IMG/VR virus record: IMGVR_UViG_3300029288_000109
Coordinates: 39,321 to 103,320 of that record
Source of the DNA: a virus
Lineage: Duplodnaviria > Caudoviricetes
Strand: one strand, 5' to 3'
Length of the DNA stretch: 64,000 bases
Shown here: one piece after another, positions 31,274 to 41,723 of the stretch
How the letters are laid out: every line of letters starts with the position of its first letter
Position numbering within the stretch: the first letter of the stretch is position 1
Notes under the pieces: model-generated
The model's database searches: none
What the model saw: the letters and a program-made list of their open reading frames with translations, nothing else
Told to the model about the DNA's origin: nothing
Position numbers and translations under genes: made by a program

Positions 31274-33598
31274 TTAATTAATAGCAACGTTTTCGACACA
31301 TTGGAAGGACCTTAGCACCTTAGACAAAATATCTTTTTCGCCATCAACAGACACAGAAAGTTCTTCCGTTACCCAATTTGCGCGGTCCTCGCCATTCTTT
31401 TTGACTATAACAACCCTGTTTTTACCTGCAAACTTACCCTGAATTATTGTTGAAACAATCCCCATCATGTCACTAATGGTCATTTTTTGTGCATCAACAA
31501 GTACCCACAACTTTTTGTTAGTTTCCATTACCACACTCTCCTTTAACGGATTAAATAGGACAAAACCTATGGTTTCCAATTCAAATTCTATCATTTCGCC
31601 TTTAAGCGTATGGTGATCTTCGGACAAAACAGGCATCGGTTTAAAGTCAGACATACTAGTTTTTGCTTCTTTTTGCCCTAACCACTGTTCAAACTCTTCT
31701 TTGTTGTACTTCTTAGCCCCCTTAATGCTTTCTCTATACTCTTTTCTAAGCTCTCCAACCACCTGCATTTTCCATTTTTCATAGTCAACGACGTATTGAC
31801 CCATGTCTGATAAAAAGTTTAATGCGTCTTTTCTGTACCACGAACTACCTATAAGACAATCACAAGCACCACTTTTAATAAGGTTTTTCAAAACACCAAT
31901 ATTTATGTCTTTATCAAAATAAAGTTCATATAAATCATTGTATTTACCATGTGCAATTATTTTTTTTGCAATACGCCCACCAACCGTCTTAATGGATAAA
32001 AGTCCCATCGAAATACCATTTTGTGAAAGTTCAAGATTTAAACACGGCTCGTTAACTGACGGCGGCATCACATTAATATGAAAATCTTCTGTTGCCTCTC
32101 TTATATACAGAGGTATGTTTATAATACTTTTCTGGTCCCCACTACGTATTGCATTAGTTATTAATGACGCAAAAAACTCTGTAGGATAATGCGTCTTCAA
32201 CCACATCATACAATAACTATTTAAAGCATATGCCAACGCATGTGATCTGTTAAAAGAATATTTAGCGTGTTCCTCAAACCAACTAAAAACTTTTTCAGCA
32301 ACGTCTTGTGATATATTATTATTTGCGCATCCACTTATAAATTTTTCTTTTTGTTCGGCCATTTCCTTTATTTTCTTTTTGCCAACTGCGTGACGAAGCA
32401 CGTCTGCTTCTGCTGAAGTAAATCCGGCCATAACTTTACCAAGCTCTATGACTTGCTCTTGGTATACCAGGATACCATATGTGGACTCTAAAACTTTTTC
32501 CATTGACGGGTGTAAATATACTGGTTCGCTTCTACCGTTTTTAAAAGCAGCATAATCGTCAATATAACTCATGCTTCCAGGTCTGAATAACGCATTTGCA
32601 ATAGTTAGATGCTCAATGTTTTTGGGCCTTATTTTTCTAAGCGTGTTTTTCATGCCATTGCTTTCAAACATGAAAATACCAAGCGTCTTTAAAGCATTGT
32701 AACTTTGAAACGTTTTATAATCATTGACTGGTATCTTAAAAATATCAATATCTTTACCAGTTCTTTTTTTTATTTGTTTTAAAGTATCGTGCACAACCGT
32801 AAGCGAACGAACACCAAGTACGTCTATTTTCAACAACCCTAACTGCTCTATTCTATCCATATCTATCTGGCTGGCAATAGTATCGTTGCTAACCTTAAGC
32901 GGAACGCACTCTGTTAACGATGGTCTACATATCAAAATACCAGAAGGGTGAACAGATGAATTTCTTGGGAATCCAGAAATCTTTAATGCTGTATTCATAG
33001 TGTCTTGAAAATCACTATCTGTCCATAAATCTGTTTTGGCAAAAGCTTCCTGTAAATTTTCTGCATCGCTTTTAACAGGATCAATATAGATACTTTTTGT
33101 TATTTCATTTATTCTTTCAAAATTCATACCTTTTGTACGTGCTACGTCTTTAATGGCTCCTTTGATTTGATTTGTACCAAAGCTACCAATGTGAACTACA
33201 TGGTCTTCACCATATTTTTTAAATATATAATCAATAATCTCATCTCTACGGGTGTCTTCAAAATCCAAATCAATGTCGGCTACGCTCACACGATCTTTGT
33301 TTAAAAACCTTGAAAACAATAATCCATATTTAACTGGATCCATTTTTGTTATACCAAGCAAATAACACACAAGAGAACCGCCAGCCGAACCACGACCAAC
33401 CCCAACCATAATATCATTTTCTTTAGCAAACGCAATTATATCAGAAACTATAAGAAAATAATTAACAAGATCAAGATGTTGTATTACTTCAATCTCTTCA
33501 ACAAGCCTCTCGTAATACGCGCTCCTATCATTTATATTTACTTTTTCATCCATACCTTTTTCAAGCATAAACAGCAAGTATGATTCATTATTTGTCAT
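31274..33598 (-). CDS. dnaE: DNA polymerase III alpha, catalytic part (palm/fingers/HhH)
   Basis: YFLIVSD, GRGSAGGSLV, DIDLDF, GLLKIDVLG, YGILVYQEQV, YSFNRSHA. Confidence 0.95.
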   Translation of the reverse strand: MTNNESYLLFMLEKGMDEKVNINDRSAYYERLVEEIEVIQHLDLVNYFLIVSDIIAFAKENDIMVGVGRGSAGGSLVCYLLGITKMDPVKYGLLFSRFLNKDRVSVADIDLDFEDTRRDEIIDYIFKKYGEDHVVHIGSFGTNQIKGAIKDVARTKGMNFERINEITKSIYIDPVKSDAENLQEAFAKTDLWTDSDFQDTMNTALKISGFPRNSSVHPSGILICRPSLTECVPLKVSNDTIASQIDMDRIEQLGLLKIDVLGVRSLTVVHDTLKQIKKRTGKDIDIFKIPVNDYKTFQSYNALKTLGIFMFESNGMKNTLRKIRPKNIEHLTIANALFRPGSMSYIDDYAAFKNGRSEPVYLHPSMEKVLESTYGILVYQEQVIELGKVMAGFTSAEADVLRHAVGKKKIKEMAEQKEKFISGCANNNISQDVAEKVFSWFEEHAKYSFNRSHALAYALNSYCMMWLKTHYPTEFFASLITNAIRSGDQKSIINIPLYIREATEDFHINVMPPSVNEPCLNLELSQNGISMGLLSIKTVGGRIAKKIIAHGKYNDLYELYFDKDINIGVLKNLIKSGACDCLIGSSWYRKDALNFLSDMGQYVVDYEKWKMQVVGELRKEYRESIKGAKKYNKEEFEQWLGQKEAKTSMSDFKPMPVLSEDHHTLKGEMIEFELETIGFVLFNPLKESVVMETNKKLWVLVDAQKMTISDMMGIVSTIIQGKFAGKNRVVIVKKNGEDRANWVTEELSVSVDGEKDILSKVLRSFQCVENVAIN

Positions 33599-34539
33599 AA
33601 TTTAGTAATCACCCCGCTGTTTAAAAAGTCCACCATAGACATATCTTTTGTTTTTTTAATAAAAGTCGATATTTCAGGAACACTGTCGTCAAAAACAAAA
33701 TCAACTATTTTATTATCAATTGGCAAAATAGACGCATTACAACGTTCCGCTACCTCACAAGTATTAGATATAACTGAACTATCTTCAAAAAGCGCTCGCA
33801 TCTCATCTTCTGTTTTAAAATAATATTCAGGCGTATCGAAGTATCCCTTTTCCAAGAGTTCTTCTATGGTCATTTTCCACTGTACTGCTTGAACCATTTT
33901 TTGTAACAGATTGTCTTCCTGTTTTAAATAATGAATATCGTTTGTAGCAACTAATTTTATTTTTAACTCATCGGCCAACTGTAAAGTCTCTGGTATATTT
34001 GCAGCATCAGCGTCGTTAAAGTGGTTTTGAATCTCCATATAGAACCTGTCTTTGAAAACGTCTTTATATAATTTTGCTTTTTGGGTGGCGGCATCAATGT
34101 TGCCATTAATTATATTATTATGAATAAACCCCTGAACACACGCAGACATAATAATAAGTCCATCACTATTTTCAAAAAGAACTTTATCGTCAATACGTGG
34201 TTTAAAATACATGCCCTTTGTAAAACCAATCGTAGACAATTTGTATAAATTTTTCATTCCATCATTGTTCATGGCTAGCAAAACAATGTGCCATTTCTCT
34301 TTTGACGAATGATCATCTATGTTGTTAACCGTATAGCACTCAATACCAAATATTGGTTTTATCTCTGCCGAAATACAAGCATCATTAAAATCATATATGC
34401 CGAATAAATTACCATGATCAGTAATAGCAACAGACGACATACCGTTTAACTTGGCGGCCTGAGCCATGTCTGTAGGAGAAACGGTGCTGTCCACCAACGA
34501 ATAATACGTATGATTGTGTAAATGTATAAAGTTACTCAT
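33595..34539 (-). CDS. dnaE: DNA polymerase III alpha PHP domain as a separate gene
   Basis: FIHLHNHTYYS, AITDHG, GIECY, YMEIQNH, ATNDIHY. Confidence 0.93.
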   Translation of the reverse strand: MSNFIHLHNHTYYSLVDSTVSPTDMAQAAKLNGMSSVAITDHGNLFGIYDFNDACISAEIKPIFGIECYTVNNIDDHSSKEKWHIVLLAMNNDGMKNLYKLSTIGFTKGMYFKPRIDDKVLFENSDGLIIMSACVQGFIHNNIINGNIDAATQKAKLYKDVFKDRFYMEIQNHFNDADAANIPETLQLADELKIKLVATNDIHYLKQEDNLLQKMVQAVQWKMTIEELLEKGYFDTPEYYFKTEDEMRALFEDSSVISNTCEVAERCNASILPIDNKIVDFVFDDSVPEISTFIKKTKDMSMVDFLNSGVITKL

Positions 34540-34921
34540 TTGGTATTTTTGGCTGAAGTCCTATCCGCCATTCTCCATTGTCATTTTTGGTAGCTACGCG
34601 GCGTTCTTTTCCAACAAGAATTATTTTTGTATTACCATTAGAATTACGCACGTCTCTTATCACCGGATACTTAGTTCCTTCTATTAATAAGTAGCTCGTA
34701 TCCCTGATAAATGATAATAAGTCGTCTTTAATTTTGTAATTATTAATGGTTTTTCTTCTTGCGTCAACAAGAACGCCGCAATTTAGCAACATTTTGTGAG
34801 CAACTAGTTTTACACCGTCCCAAAAATCTGGATACAGATGTTTATAAACGCCCTCAACAAGATAGTAGGGTTCATCATTAATATACACAACTATGCTTAT
34901 TTTGGGCTTCTGTGTTGCCAT
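34532..34921 (-). CDS. hypothetical protein
   Basis: 129-aa ORF between dut and PHP gene. Confidence 0.6.
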   Translation of the reverse strand: MATQKPKISIVVYINDEPYYLVEGVYKHLYPDFWDGVKLVAHKMLLNCGVLVDARRKTINNYKIKDDLLSFIRDTSYLLIEGTKYPVIRDVRNSNGNTKIILVGKERRVATKNDNGEWRIGLQPKIPNE

Positions 34922-34922
34922 A

Positions 34923-35615
34923 TTAGTCTCCAGTAGAACCTATGCCGCCACCACGATCTGTGGTGTCTGTAAAACTAGATACATTTATAATAGCAGCCTT
35001 TCTTGCATTTGCCATAACCATTTGAGCTATTTTACGCCCTTTTGGAATCAAAACAACCTTGTCGGATATATTTGTAAGTAATACACATACTTCGTCTTTA
35101 TACCCATAGTCAATTGTGCCTGGTGAATTAGGAATAATCAAAGATGTTTTAAGTGCTACCGAACTTCTTGGCCGTATCTGCACTTCAACATTCATTGGTA
35201 TTGATATTTTAAACCCCATAGGAACCATAACTGTACAATAAGGTTCAACCTTTGTGTCCTCTGGTGTATAAATATCCATGCCTGCATCACCATCATTAGC
35301 ATAAGATGGCAATTGAGCGCCCTCGCGTGTCAAAACAACTTCCATCGGCACAGGACCAAGTATAACATCAACAACAGAGCGCATTGTTTCGTCAATGGTA
35401 CTTATAGAATTAAGGCATACTAATAGGCCACCAACCGCTAAACCGACCGCCTCTCGTATCTTGTCAAACCCTTCTTGATCACACTTCATCTCAACTGTTG
35501 TATCCAAAATACTATTAACAAGACCAATTAATTGTTCAATACTATTTACAGGAGACTCTGCAATTTTCTTTTCTTCTTCTTCCATTACCAGTGTTTCTTT
35601 CTTTTTCCTAGGCAT
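34923..35615 (-). CDS. dut: trimeric dUTPase with N-terminal extension
   Basis: DAGMD, RPRSS, NSPGTIDYGY, IAQMV, RGGGIGSTG; start re-set to MPRKKK. Confidence 0.9.
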   Translation of the reverse strand: MPRKKKETLVMEEEEKKIAESPVNSIEQLIGLVNSILDTTVEMKCDQEGFDKIREAVGLAVGGLLVCLNSISTIDETMRSVVDVILGPVPMEVVLTREGAQLPSYANDGDAGMDIYTPEDTKVEPYCTVMVPMGFKISIPMNVEVQIRPRSSVALKTSLIIPNSPGTIDYGYKDEVCVLLTNISDKVVLIPKGRKIAQMVMANARKAAIINVSSFTDTTDRGGGIGSTGD

Positions 35616-35616
35616 A

Positions 35617-37701
35617 TTAACCCCCAATTGAATATTTTTTCCTATCTCTAAGCTCGGCCATCTTGCCACGACTCCATGTTCCAACTTTTGAAAAATATCC
35701 AGTAACACGAGTTATCCACTCTAATTTTTTACCACCACAATCAGGACAATCGTCTATAAGTCCCATATGAAGTTTACCACAATCGGTACAAAGCGAAAAC
35801 TCAGGTGAAAAAACTATTTGCTTACACATTGTTTTACTGTGTATTTTTTTAATAAGATCAAGGATGCTTTTTGCGTCTGGCATCTTATCGCCCATCCATC
35901 CGTGCACAATGGCTCCAGCGGTTATAAACGGATGGAACACGCTTTGTTTTTTTATACGTTCAATAATATCTATATCTGCATCATAAGCAAAATGGATACT
36001 ATTGGTGTAATATATATCACCAGTCTCTGGATTCCCCTTTACTACCATCTTTGCACAATCTTGAAAATGGGCCATGTCAAGTCGCGCAAACCTGTAAGAC
36101 GTGCTTTCAGCAGGGGTCTCTTCTAAAACAAACTTCATATCCTCGCTTTTTTTAAATTCATCACAACATTCTTTCATAAATTTAATTATCTCAAGACCAA
36201 AGTCATACGCTTCTTGACTTTCGTGAAGTTCAGCACCACAATGATGTTTAACCATCTCATTAAGACCAAGAACTCCAATAAGATAACTTGACCTATCAAA
36301 ATAAATATATGGTTCACCATCCATACCATTAGCAAAAAACGACAATGGACCATCCTTTTGTTCAATAAGCTTTTTAATATATTCTGTCTTTTGCTTATGG
36401 GCTTTAACAGCTATTTTCATAGCATCGTGTATCTCATTAAATAGGGCTTTATCTTTGTAATTGGCCTTATATGCACACCTAGGTAAATTAACAGTTACAT
36501 TTTGAACACCAACAAATCTTACATCCTCTGGTTTGGCAAGCAGCTTTCTATCTTCTGTAGTAAGTTCAAGCGTTAATCTACAACACTGTGCTAGACTCGG
36601 AAGTTCCCCCCTATCAAAAAGAAAGTATATGCTGCCATTCTTGCTTACGCACTGTGCCGCCTTCTCAAGTAACCATATGTTTTTTTCATTAAACGATTCT
36701 TTATCAATGTGTAAGTTTGGTTTAGGAAAAAAGAACGGTGTGCCATTCTTGTCTCCATCATAGTACACATCAAGCAGGGCGCTTAAAAACTGTTGCGCTT
36801 CTTCTTCGTAGTCTTGATAGAACTTTCCTGTGTATTCTCCACCGTTACCAATGGCAGGAACATCAAGATAATGATGCGGCACATGCGTAAACAGATTAAA
36901 ATCTGTAAATGCAACTTGTCCACCACGGGCACCAGCTAATTGTGAAAATCCATAGACGAGCATTTGGGCTATTTGTTTAACCTCTTTGTCGTTCATGCCC
37001 ACAATCATTGGGGCAAAAAACAAATTAACAGCGTCAAATCCAATAGCTCCAGCAAATAACCCCTGCATAAAATTAGCAAATGTTAAAAGCTGAGTCACAA
37101 ACACTTCTGGATGTCGTGGTGGTACACTTACACATGTAACAGATGGAAGTTTAAGACCATGTTTTTTAACATATTCTGGAGAATGAGACCCACAATAAGG
37201 ACGAGTAATAAACCCAAGGTCGTGAAGATGTACGTCACCAGCCATATGAGCCTCTGCCACATCAGGAGAGAACACGCGCTGTAAAGCATACTCTTTCTGA
37301 ACCATCTCTGATAAAACAAGGTTTATAGACTCTGGCGAAAGAGGCGTGTTTGAATTCTCTTTCGCCTTATTCTGAATCACGGCCTCAATCTCAGATAATG
37401 AGATACGAACACCATCATGGAGCTTGGCCTTCCCAAGTAGTCCTCGCTCCATGAGCTCTACATCAATCAGCGCTCGTATCAACGATGTTGTAATATCAGT
37501 AATACCTAACTGTATAATTTTCTTCTCAACCGATTTGGCTATGTCTTTTGCCCTATGTTTTATTAACGATATTTCGTTGCGCAATGAGTCTTCTATCCGC
37601 ACAACGTCAAAGTCCGAGACCTCTTCTTGGGAAAAGGTACTGACTCTGAGAACCTTGTCTGTTACATCAATTTTTTCTTTTTGTTTTCTGACTCTTATCA
37701 C
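35617..37701 (-). CDS. nrdD: anaerobic (class III) ribonucleoside-triphosphate reductase
   Basis: ATP-cone, HLHDL, PYC, AQCCRL, ETPAES, YYTNS, CxxC/CxxC, RVTGY glycyl-radical motif. Confidence 0.95.
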   Translation of the reverse strand: MIRVRKQKEKIDVTDKVLRVSTFSQEEVSDFDVVRIEDSLRNEISLIKHRAKDIAKSVEKKIIQLGITDITTSLIRALIDVELMERGLLGKAKLHDGVRISLSEIEAVIQNKAKENSNTPLSPESINLVLSEMVQKEYALQRVFSPDVAEAHMAGDVHLHDLGFITRPYCGSHSPEYVKKHGLKLPSVTCVSVPPRHPEVFVTQLLTFANFMQGLFAGAIGFDAVNLFFAPMIVGMNDKEVKQIAQMLVYGFSQLAGARGGQVAFTDFNLFTHVPHHYLDVPAIGNGGEYTGKFYQDYEEEAQQFLSALLDVYYDGDKNGTPFFFPKPNLHIDKESFNEKNIWLLEKAAQCVSKNGSIYFLFDRGELPSLAQCCRLTLELTTEDRKLLAKPEDVRFVGVQNVTVNLPRCAYKANYKDKALFNEIHDAMKIAVKAHKQKTEYIKKLIEQKDGPLSFFANGMDGEPYIYFDRSSYLIGVLGLNEMVKHHCGAELHESQEAYDFGLEIIKFMKECCDEFKKSEDMKFVLEETPAESTSYRFARLDMAHFQDCAKMVVKGNPETGDIYYTNSIHFAYDADIDIIERIKKQSVFHPFITAGAIVHGWMGDKMPDAKSILDLIKKIHSKTMCKQIVFSPEFSLCTDCGKLHMGLIDDCPDCGGKKLEWITRVTGYFSKVGTWSRGKMAELRDRKKYSIGG

Positions 37702-37711
37702 TTTGCCCTCC

Positions 37712-38194
37712 CTAGAAAGGCATTCCTGTCTTCTCTTCCTCTGCTTTTGGCGCTACTGGTGCAGCAGGCGCTTCTTTAGGCTCGGCCTGTTCTTCTTTTT
37801 TTTCTGTAGTAACGGGGGCGGTAGCGTCTTTTTCCTTTTTAGGAGGTTCGTATTTCTTTTTTATGTCATCAGACACATCTACTTTTTCAACTTTAGTGAT
37901 AATCAAGAATGGGTCTCGACTACCACTTTTAGGATTAGTAGACACAGAAACACGACCAGTCAAAACAACACAATCGCCCTTATCAACCAATGCGTCAATC
38001 TTAGAAGCATCTTCACCAAAAGCCATAAAAGGAACAGAAGAGTACATTACCTTATTACCACTACCCGAATCTTTACCGCGCACAGTCATCTTCAAAAACT
38101 CCGTACCCTTTTTACTGAAAGCAGAATTCTTCCATATAACAACACCGTGAAACTTAAATCCGTTCCAACCACTTTCCCATTCCTGTCCTGTCAT
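37712..38194 (-). CDS. ssb: single-stranded DNA-binding protein
   Basis: OB-fold pattern (AFGEDA, KGDCVVLTGR), low-complexity tail ending MPF. Confidence 0.7.
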   Translation of the reverse strand: MTGQEWESGWNGFKFHGVVIWKNSAFSKKGTEFLKMTVRGKDSGSGNKVMYSSVPFMAFGEDASKIDALVDKGDCVVLTGRVSVSTNPKSGSRDPFLIITKVEKVDVSDDIKKKYEPPKKEKDATAPVTTEKKEEQAEPKEAPAAPVAPKAEEEKTGMPF

Positions 38195-38195
38195 C

Positions 38196-39260
38196 TTATT
38201 GTCCCCCTTTTATTTTGGACCTATTTTCATAAGCCTTAACAAAACTACTATTGCTTATATTGCCAGGGTCTTCTTCTTCGCCCATTTCGACTGTCGAAAT
38301 GGATTTAAAATAGTTCATAAATTTCTTGCCAGCTTTTAAAGAGTACCCCTGTTTAAAAGCGTCTCCGTCAAGACACACTACCACTTCTATGTCGTACTTG
38401 CTTAATACCCTTATTTGCTGTTCAGACGGAGTTTTCCCAAGAATTGCAACAGCATTCTTAAACCCCATTGCATAAAGTGAAACAACGTCCAAATGTCCCT
38501 CTGTAACAATCACCTGTTTTTTTGCAACTATTTCATCTACAATATCTTGATGCGATAGTCCGAAAACATAATTTCGTCTTGGAAACTTTGGAGGCCAATG
38601 ATACCATTTTGGACCATCTGTTTGTCCTTCTACACGTCTACCAGATATTCCAACCAGAGCGCCACCGGGAATCCTATTTGGAAATAATATCCTTCCTTTT
38701 AGCCTGCCAAACTTGGCGTAACATATTTCAAATTTATCTATAAGTTCATAATCTTTAATCCTGCTTAATATGTATTGGTGCACACAATTCTGATGCGGCA
38801 ATAAAACATTCTCGTCCAGCGTTGTAAAACAATTAAAATCATTTATTGTAGCATCTGTGTTTATCTGTTGTTTTAATGCTTTGGCGCTTTGTAGTGCTAA
38901 ATCATATCTAGTAGTACCATACTCAATATTAACACCAGTCATGGCGGATATTTTTTCAACAGCTTTAAAAAAACTAACACCTTCTACTTTCATAACTAAC
39001 CTAAACACATTGCCATATTCACCGCACGAATAACACCTCCATGTTCCTGTCTTTTTATTGTAATGGAAAGATGTCCCATTATTGGCATCAGAATGAATAG
39101 GGCAAGTACATCTTATTTCGCTGACATTATTACAGAAAATATTGCAACCATATGATACTAAAATTTCTTCAACATCTGCAAGATTTTTCATGCGTTCTAT
39201 AGCTACGTCAGATATTTTACCGTGAGGCACCATTTTAATTACCATATTTTCGCCTCTCAA
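38196..39260 (-). CDS. dnaG: DNA primase
   Basis: CPIH...CYSC zinc finger, TEGHLDV, LDGD TOPRIM. Confidence 0.92.
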   Translation of the reverse strand: MRGENMVIKMVPHGKISDVAIERMKNLADVEEILVSYGCNIFCNNVSEIRCTCPIHSDANNGTSFHYNKKTGTWRCYSCGEYGNVFRLVMKVEGVSFFKAVEKISAMTGVNIEYGTTRYDLALQSAKALKQQINTDATINDFNCFTTLDENVLLPHQNCVHQYILSRIKDYELIDKFEICYAKFGRLKGRILFPNRIPGGALVGISGRRVEGQTDGPKWYHWPPKFPRRNYVFGLSHQDIVDEIVAKKQVIVTEGHLDVVSLYAMGFKNAVAILGKTPSEQQIRVLSKYDIEVVVCLDGDAFKQGYSLKAGKKFMNYFKSISTVEMGEEEDPGNISNSSFVKAYENRSKIKGGQ

Positions 39261-40620
39261 ATCGTTGTTTTAATATCTTGCGCCATAATGCCATTTGATT
39301 TTCAGTAGCTATTCCAGATTCTCTAAATTTAAGTATAGGGCGATCAAACTGAAAATTAAACGCCGTTCCAGCCTCGCCATTGCGATTAACTGGTATATCA
39401 AGAATCATGTTGCCCATTATTTCGCCGTTAAAAGCTTCGCGCTCTGCGGTTAGCATATCGTCGTCTTTACTGACAAGCTGCCATCTTGCGTCACAATAAT
39501 GGTCAATACGGTCACTCATGCCTACACCCATCTCACGATTAAGCTGTGCAGCAGTTAAAACAGGAATACCTATTTCCCCACCAATCTGTCTTAAACCATC
39601 TGTAAATTTTCCGATTGCCTGATACTCTTTGTTCTCGCCAAAAGATGACTCATTTGGCATTTTTATATAATCAAAAATTAACAAATTAATATCGTGAAGC
39701 TTGGCGTATTTACGAGCAAACGTTCTTATAGTGTTGATAGAAAAAGACGGAACGGTCTTATGAAAAAGCTTTATATCGCGCATTATCTCTATGCCCTGCT
39801 TAACAGCGTCTCTGGTTTCCTGTGTTTTAAGATATTCTTTGTTCCAAAGCAAGCGTTCTGGAACCTCAGATATCATGGATAAAAGTCTATACTGTTGTTT
39901 TTTTGTACTCATTTCTGAATCAAGATATAGAACACTATTTTGACGCATGGCAACGTTTTTTGCAACATTAAGTAAAAACGTACTCTTACCCTCTTTGCGC
40001 CTTGCCGAAACAACATAAAGACAATTCTCCATCATGCCCTGCATAATTGTATCGAAATCACAATACCATGTAGGTAGTCCAGCAACGCCCTTTACCGTAT
40101 TAAGATACTTGCTTTTTTCTTCAAGAACCTGTTCTATATTGTTGCCAAGCTGAACAGCGTCTAACGTGTTTGATTGTCTTTTAAGAATAATATCAAGAAC
40201 ACCTTGTTCGAGCTTGCCAAGTATTTCGTTAGAAGCAACATCTTCTTTTTCTATTAAGTCGGCCTCAATATTTTTAACAAGCGAGTATGTATCAGCCTTG
40301 TCTGCTTCTGACTGCAATGTACACACAAGTCCTTCTATGTCCTTGTGGTTTGCTTCAAGATCAAACAGGCCGCTAACCCATTGTATAAAAGCACCATGAT
40401 CAAGCAGTTCATTTGTAGGAATGTTTTTAGCAAAAGTTAAAAGATTCTGTTTGTTAAAACTCATCTCTTGAGAATGCAAATGCAGCAATATATCAAAAAC
40501 ATTTCTAGAGTACGCATTTTGAAAATCCCCCGGCTGAATATTAAATTCAAAAACAGCATCAGGATATTTCAAAATTGCAGATAAGATGCTTCGTTCTGCA
40601 TAAACATTTCCGATAGACAT
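39235..40620 (-). CDS. dnaB: replicative helicase
   Basis: AERSILSA, ARRKEGKS, SEM, IFDYI, AAQLNR. Confidence 0.9.
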   Translation of the reverse strand: MSIGNVYAERSILSAILKYPDAVFEFNIQPGDFQNAYSRNVFDILLHLHSQEMSFNKQNLLTFAKNIPTNELLDHGAFIQWVSGLFDLEANHKDIEGLVCTLQSEADKADTYSLVKNIEADLIEKEDVASNEILGKLEQGVLDIILKRQSNTLDAVQLGNNIEQVLEEKSKYLNTVKGVAGLPTWYCDFDTIMQGMMENCLYVVSARRKEGKSTFLLNVAKNVAMRQNSVLYLDSEMSTKKQQYRLLSMISEVPERLLWNKEYLKTQETRDAVKQGIEIMRDIKLFHKTVPSFSINTIRTFARKYAKLHDINLLIFDYIKMPNESSFGENKEYQAIGKFTDGLRQIGGEIGIPVLTAAQLNREMGVGMSDRIDHYCDARWQLVSKDDDMLTAEREAFNGEIMGNMILDIPVNRNGEAGTAFNFQFDRPILKFRESGIATENQMALWRKILKQRFERRKYGN

Positions 40621-40652
40621 TAATTTTTTCCTTTATTTTTATAACATGTTGC

Positions 40653-41216
40653 TTAGCAAGCATCAAAAGCAACATGTATAAAATGACGTAGAGAATTAAA
40701 TTTGTATAAAAAATTATCTTCAGCGGTTTCTGGATCCCAATATTCTATAACAATATCACAGGGTTTTTCTTTAAGGTTCCAATCTTTATCTAAATTCATA
40801 CCAAAACTAGAAACCTCAGTAGCAAGCATAATGTTATCGGCTACCCAAATGCTTTCATCAAACGCTTGCGGTAACGAGTATTTGCGACTGATTGTACTCA
40901 TACACACACGTTCGATATCACCAAACATAGGTATCATTTTTTTGATTGGCCTTGGCACATCACCTATATAAGCTTCAGCGGCATCGTGTAATAATCCTTG
41001 TAACGCAAATTCAGGAGCAACAATATCTGATACATAAACAGAGTGCTGAGCCACCGAATAATAACTACTACAATGACCATTATAACGACAAATCAATGAT
41101 AAAGCATGTGCAATATCCTCAATATGGATATCTTTTATATTTGGCGATAATGGATATATTTTTGTTCCAGTAAATGTTTCTATCCAGTCGCCTTTTTCGC
41201 CCTGCATTTTTATCAC
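40653..41216 (-). CDS. HD-domain 5'-deoxynucleotidase (YfbR-like)
   Basis: IAHALS..CRYNGH, YSVAQHS, LLHDAAEAYIGD. Confidence 0.88.
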   Translation of the reverse strand: MIKMQGEKGDWIETFTGTKIYPLSPNIKDIHIEDIAHALSLICRYNGHCSSYYSVAQHSVYVSDIVAPEFALQGLLHDAAEAYIGDVPRPIKKMIPMFGDIERVCMSTISRKYSLPQAFDESIWVADNIMLATEVSSFGMNLDKDWNLKEKPCDIVIEYWDPETAEDNFLYKFNSLRHFIHVAFDAC

Positions 41217-41723
41217 CTAATTAATTTTATTATTTCTGCGACTATCAATAAATTTCTTTACTGTGTACAGTATTTCAAGATAACTGTCAACCATGCCATC
41301 AAGTAGTGTTTTTTTAGCCTGCAACACGGTTATTTTCTCATAAAGTTCTTTTAGCTCTGGGCGTTGCTCCATAATTAAAGCTTGTTTCTCGCCAACCGTC
41401 TTTCTCTTATCAATCTCGTTCTGCGCCCTATCCATTTCAAAACCAAACTCACGGTTAAACACGCCGTACTTCATTTGGTACGAAACCTGCTGAACCTTCA
41501 AATACGCAACATACTGCGACAGCACCATCGCCATCTCTTCAAGCGCCGAAAGCTCAACACTATTCACTTTGGTAGCATTCATGTTTAGAGCAAGGTCTAG
41601 GAGTCTTTTTTCTTCATCGCTCCTTGTTGATGGATTTTTTGCAAACGCAAACCCGTCAGTTTCAAAATCAGAACGAATTTTACTAATCAACTCTTCGCCA
41701 TTCATTATTATTCCTCCAAGCAT
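41217..41723 (-). CDS. coiled-coil protein, possible UvsY-like recombination mediator
   Basis: helical pattern, adjacent to recA. Confidence 0.4.
   Translation of the reverse strand: MLGGIIMNGEELISKIRSDFETDGFAFAKNPSTRSDEEKRLLDLALNMNATKVNSVELSALEEMAMVLSQYVAYLKVQQVSYQMKYGVFNREFGFEMDRAQNEIDKRKTVGEKQALIMEQRPELKELYEKITVLQAKKTLLDGMVDSYLEILYTVKKFIDSRRNNKIN

Noticed and set aside
33400-33800. Split intein joining the two dnaE genes
   Set aside because: No Cys/Ser-initiated N-intein tail and no HN/C-type C-intein at the junction.
37424-38239. 271-aa + strand ORF and other antisense ORFs (e.g. 53853..54416, 14844..15296)
   Set aside because: Shadows of confidently identified genes on the opposite strand, with no motifs.
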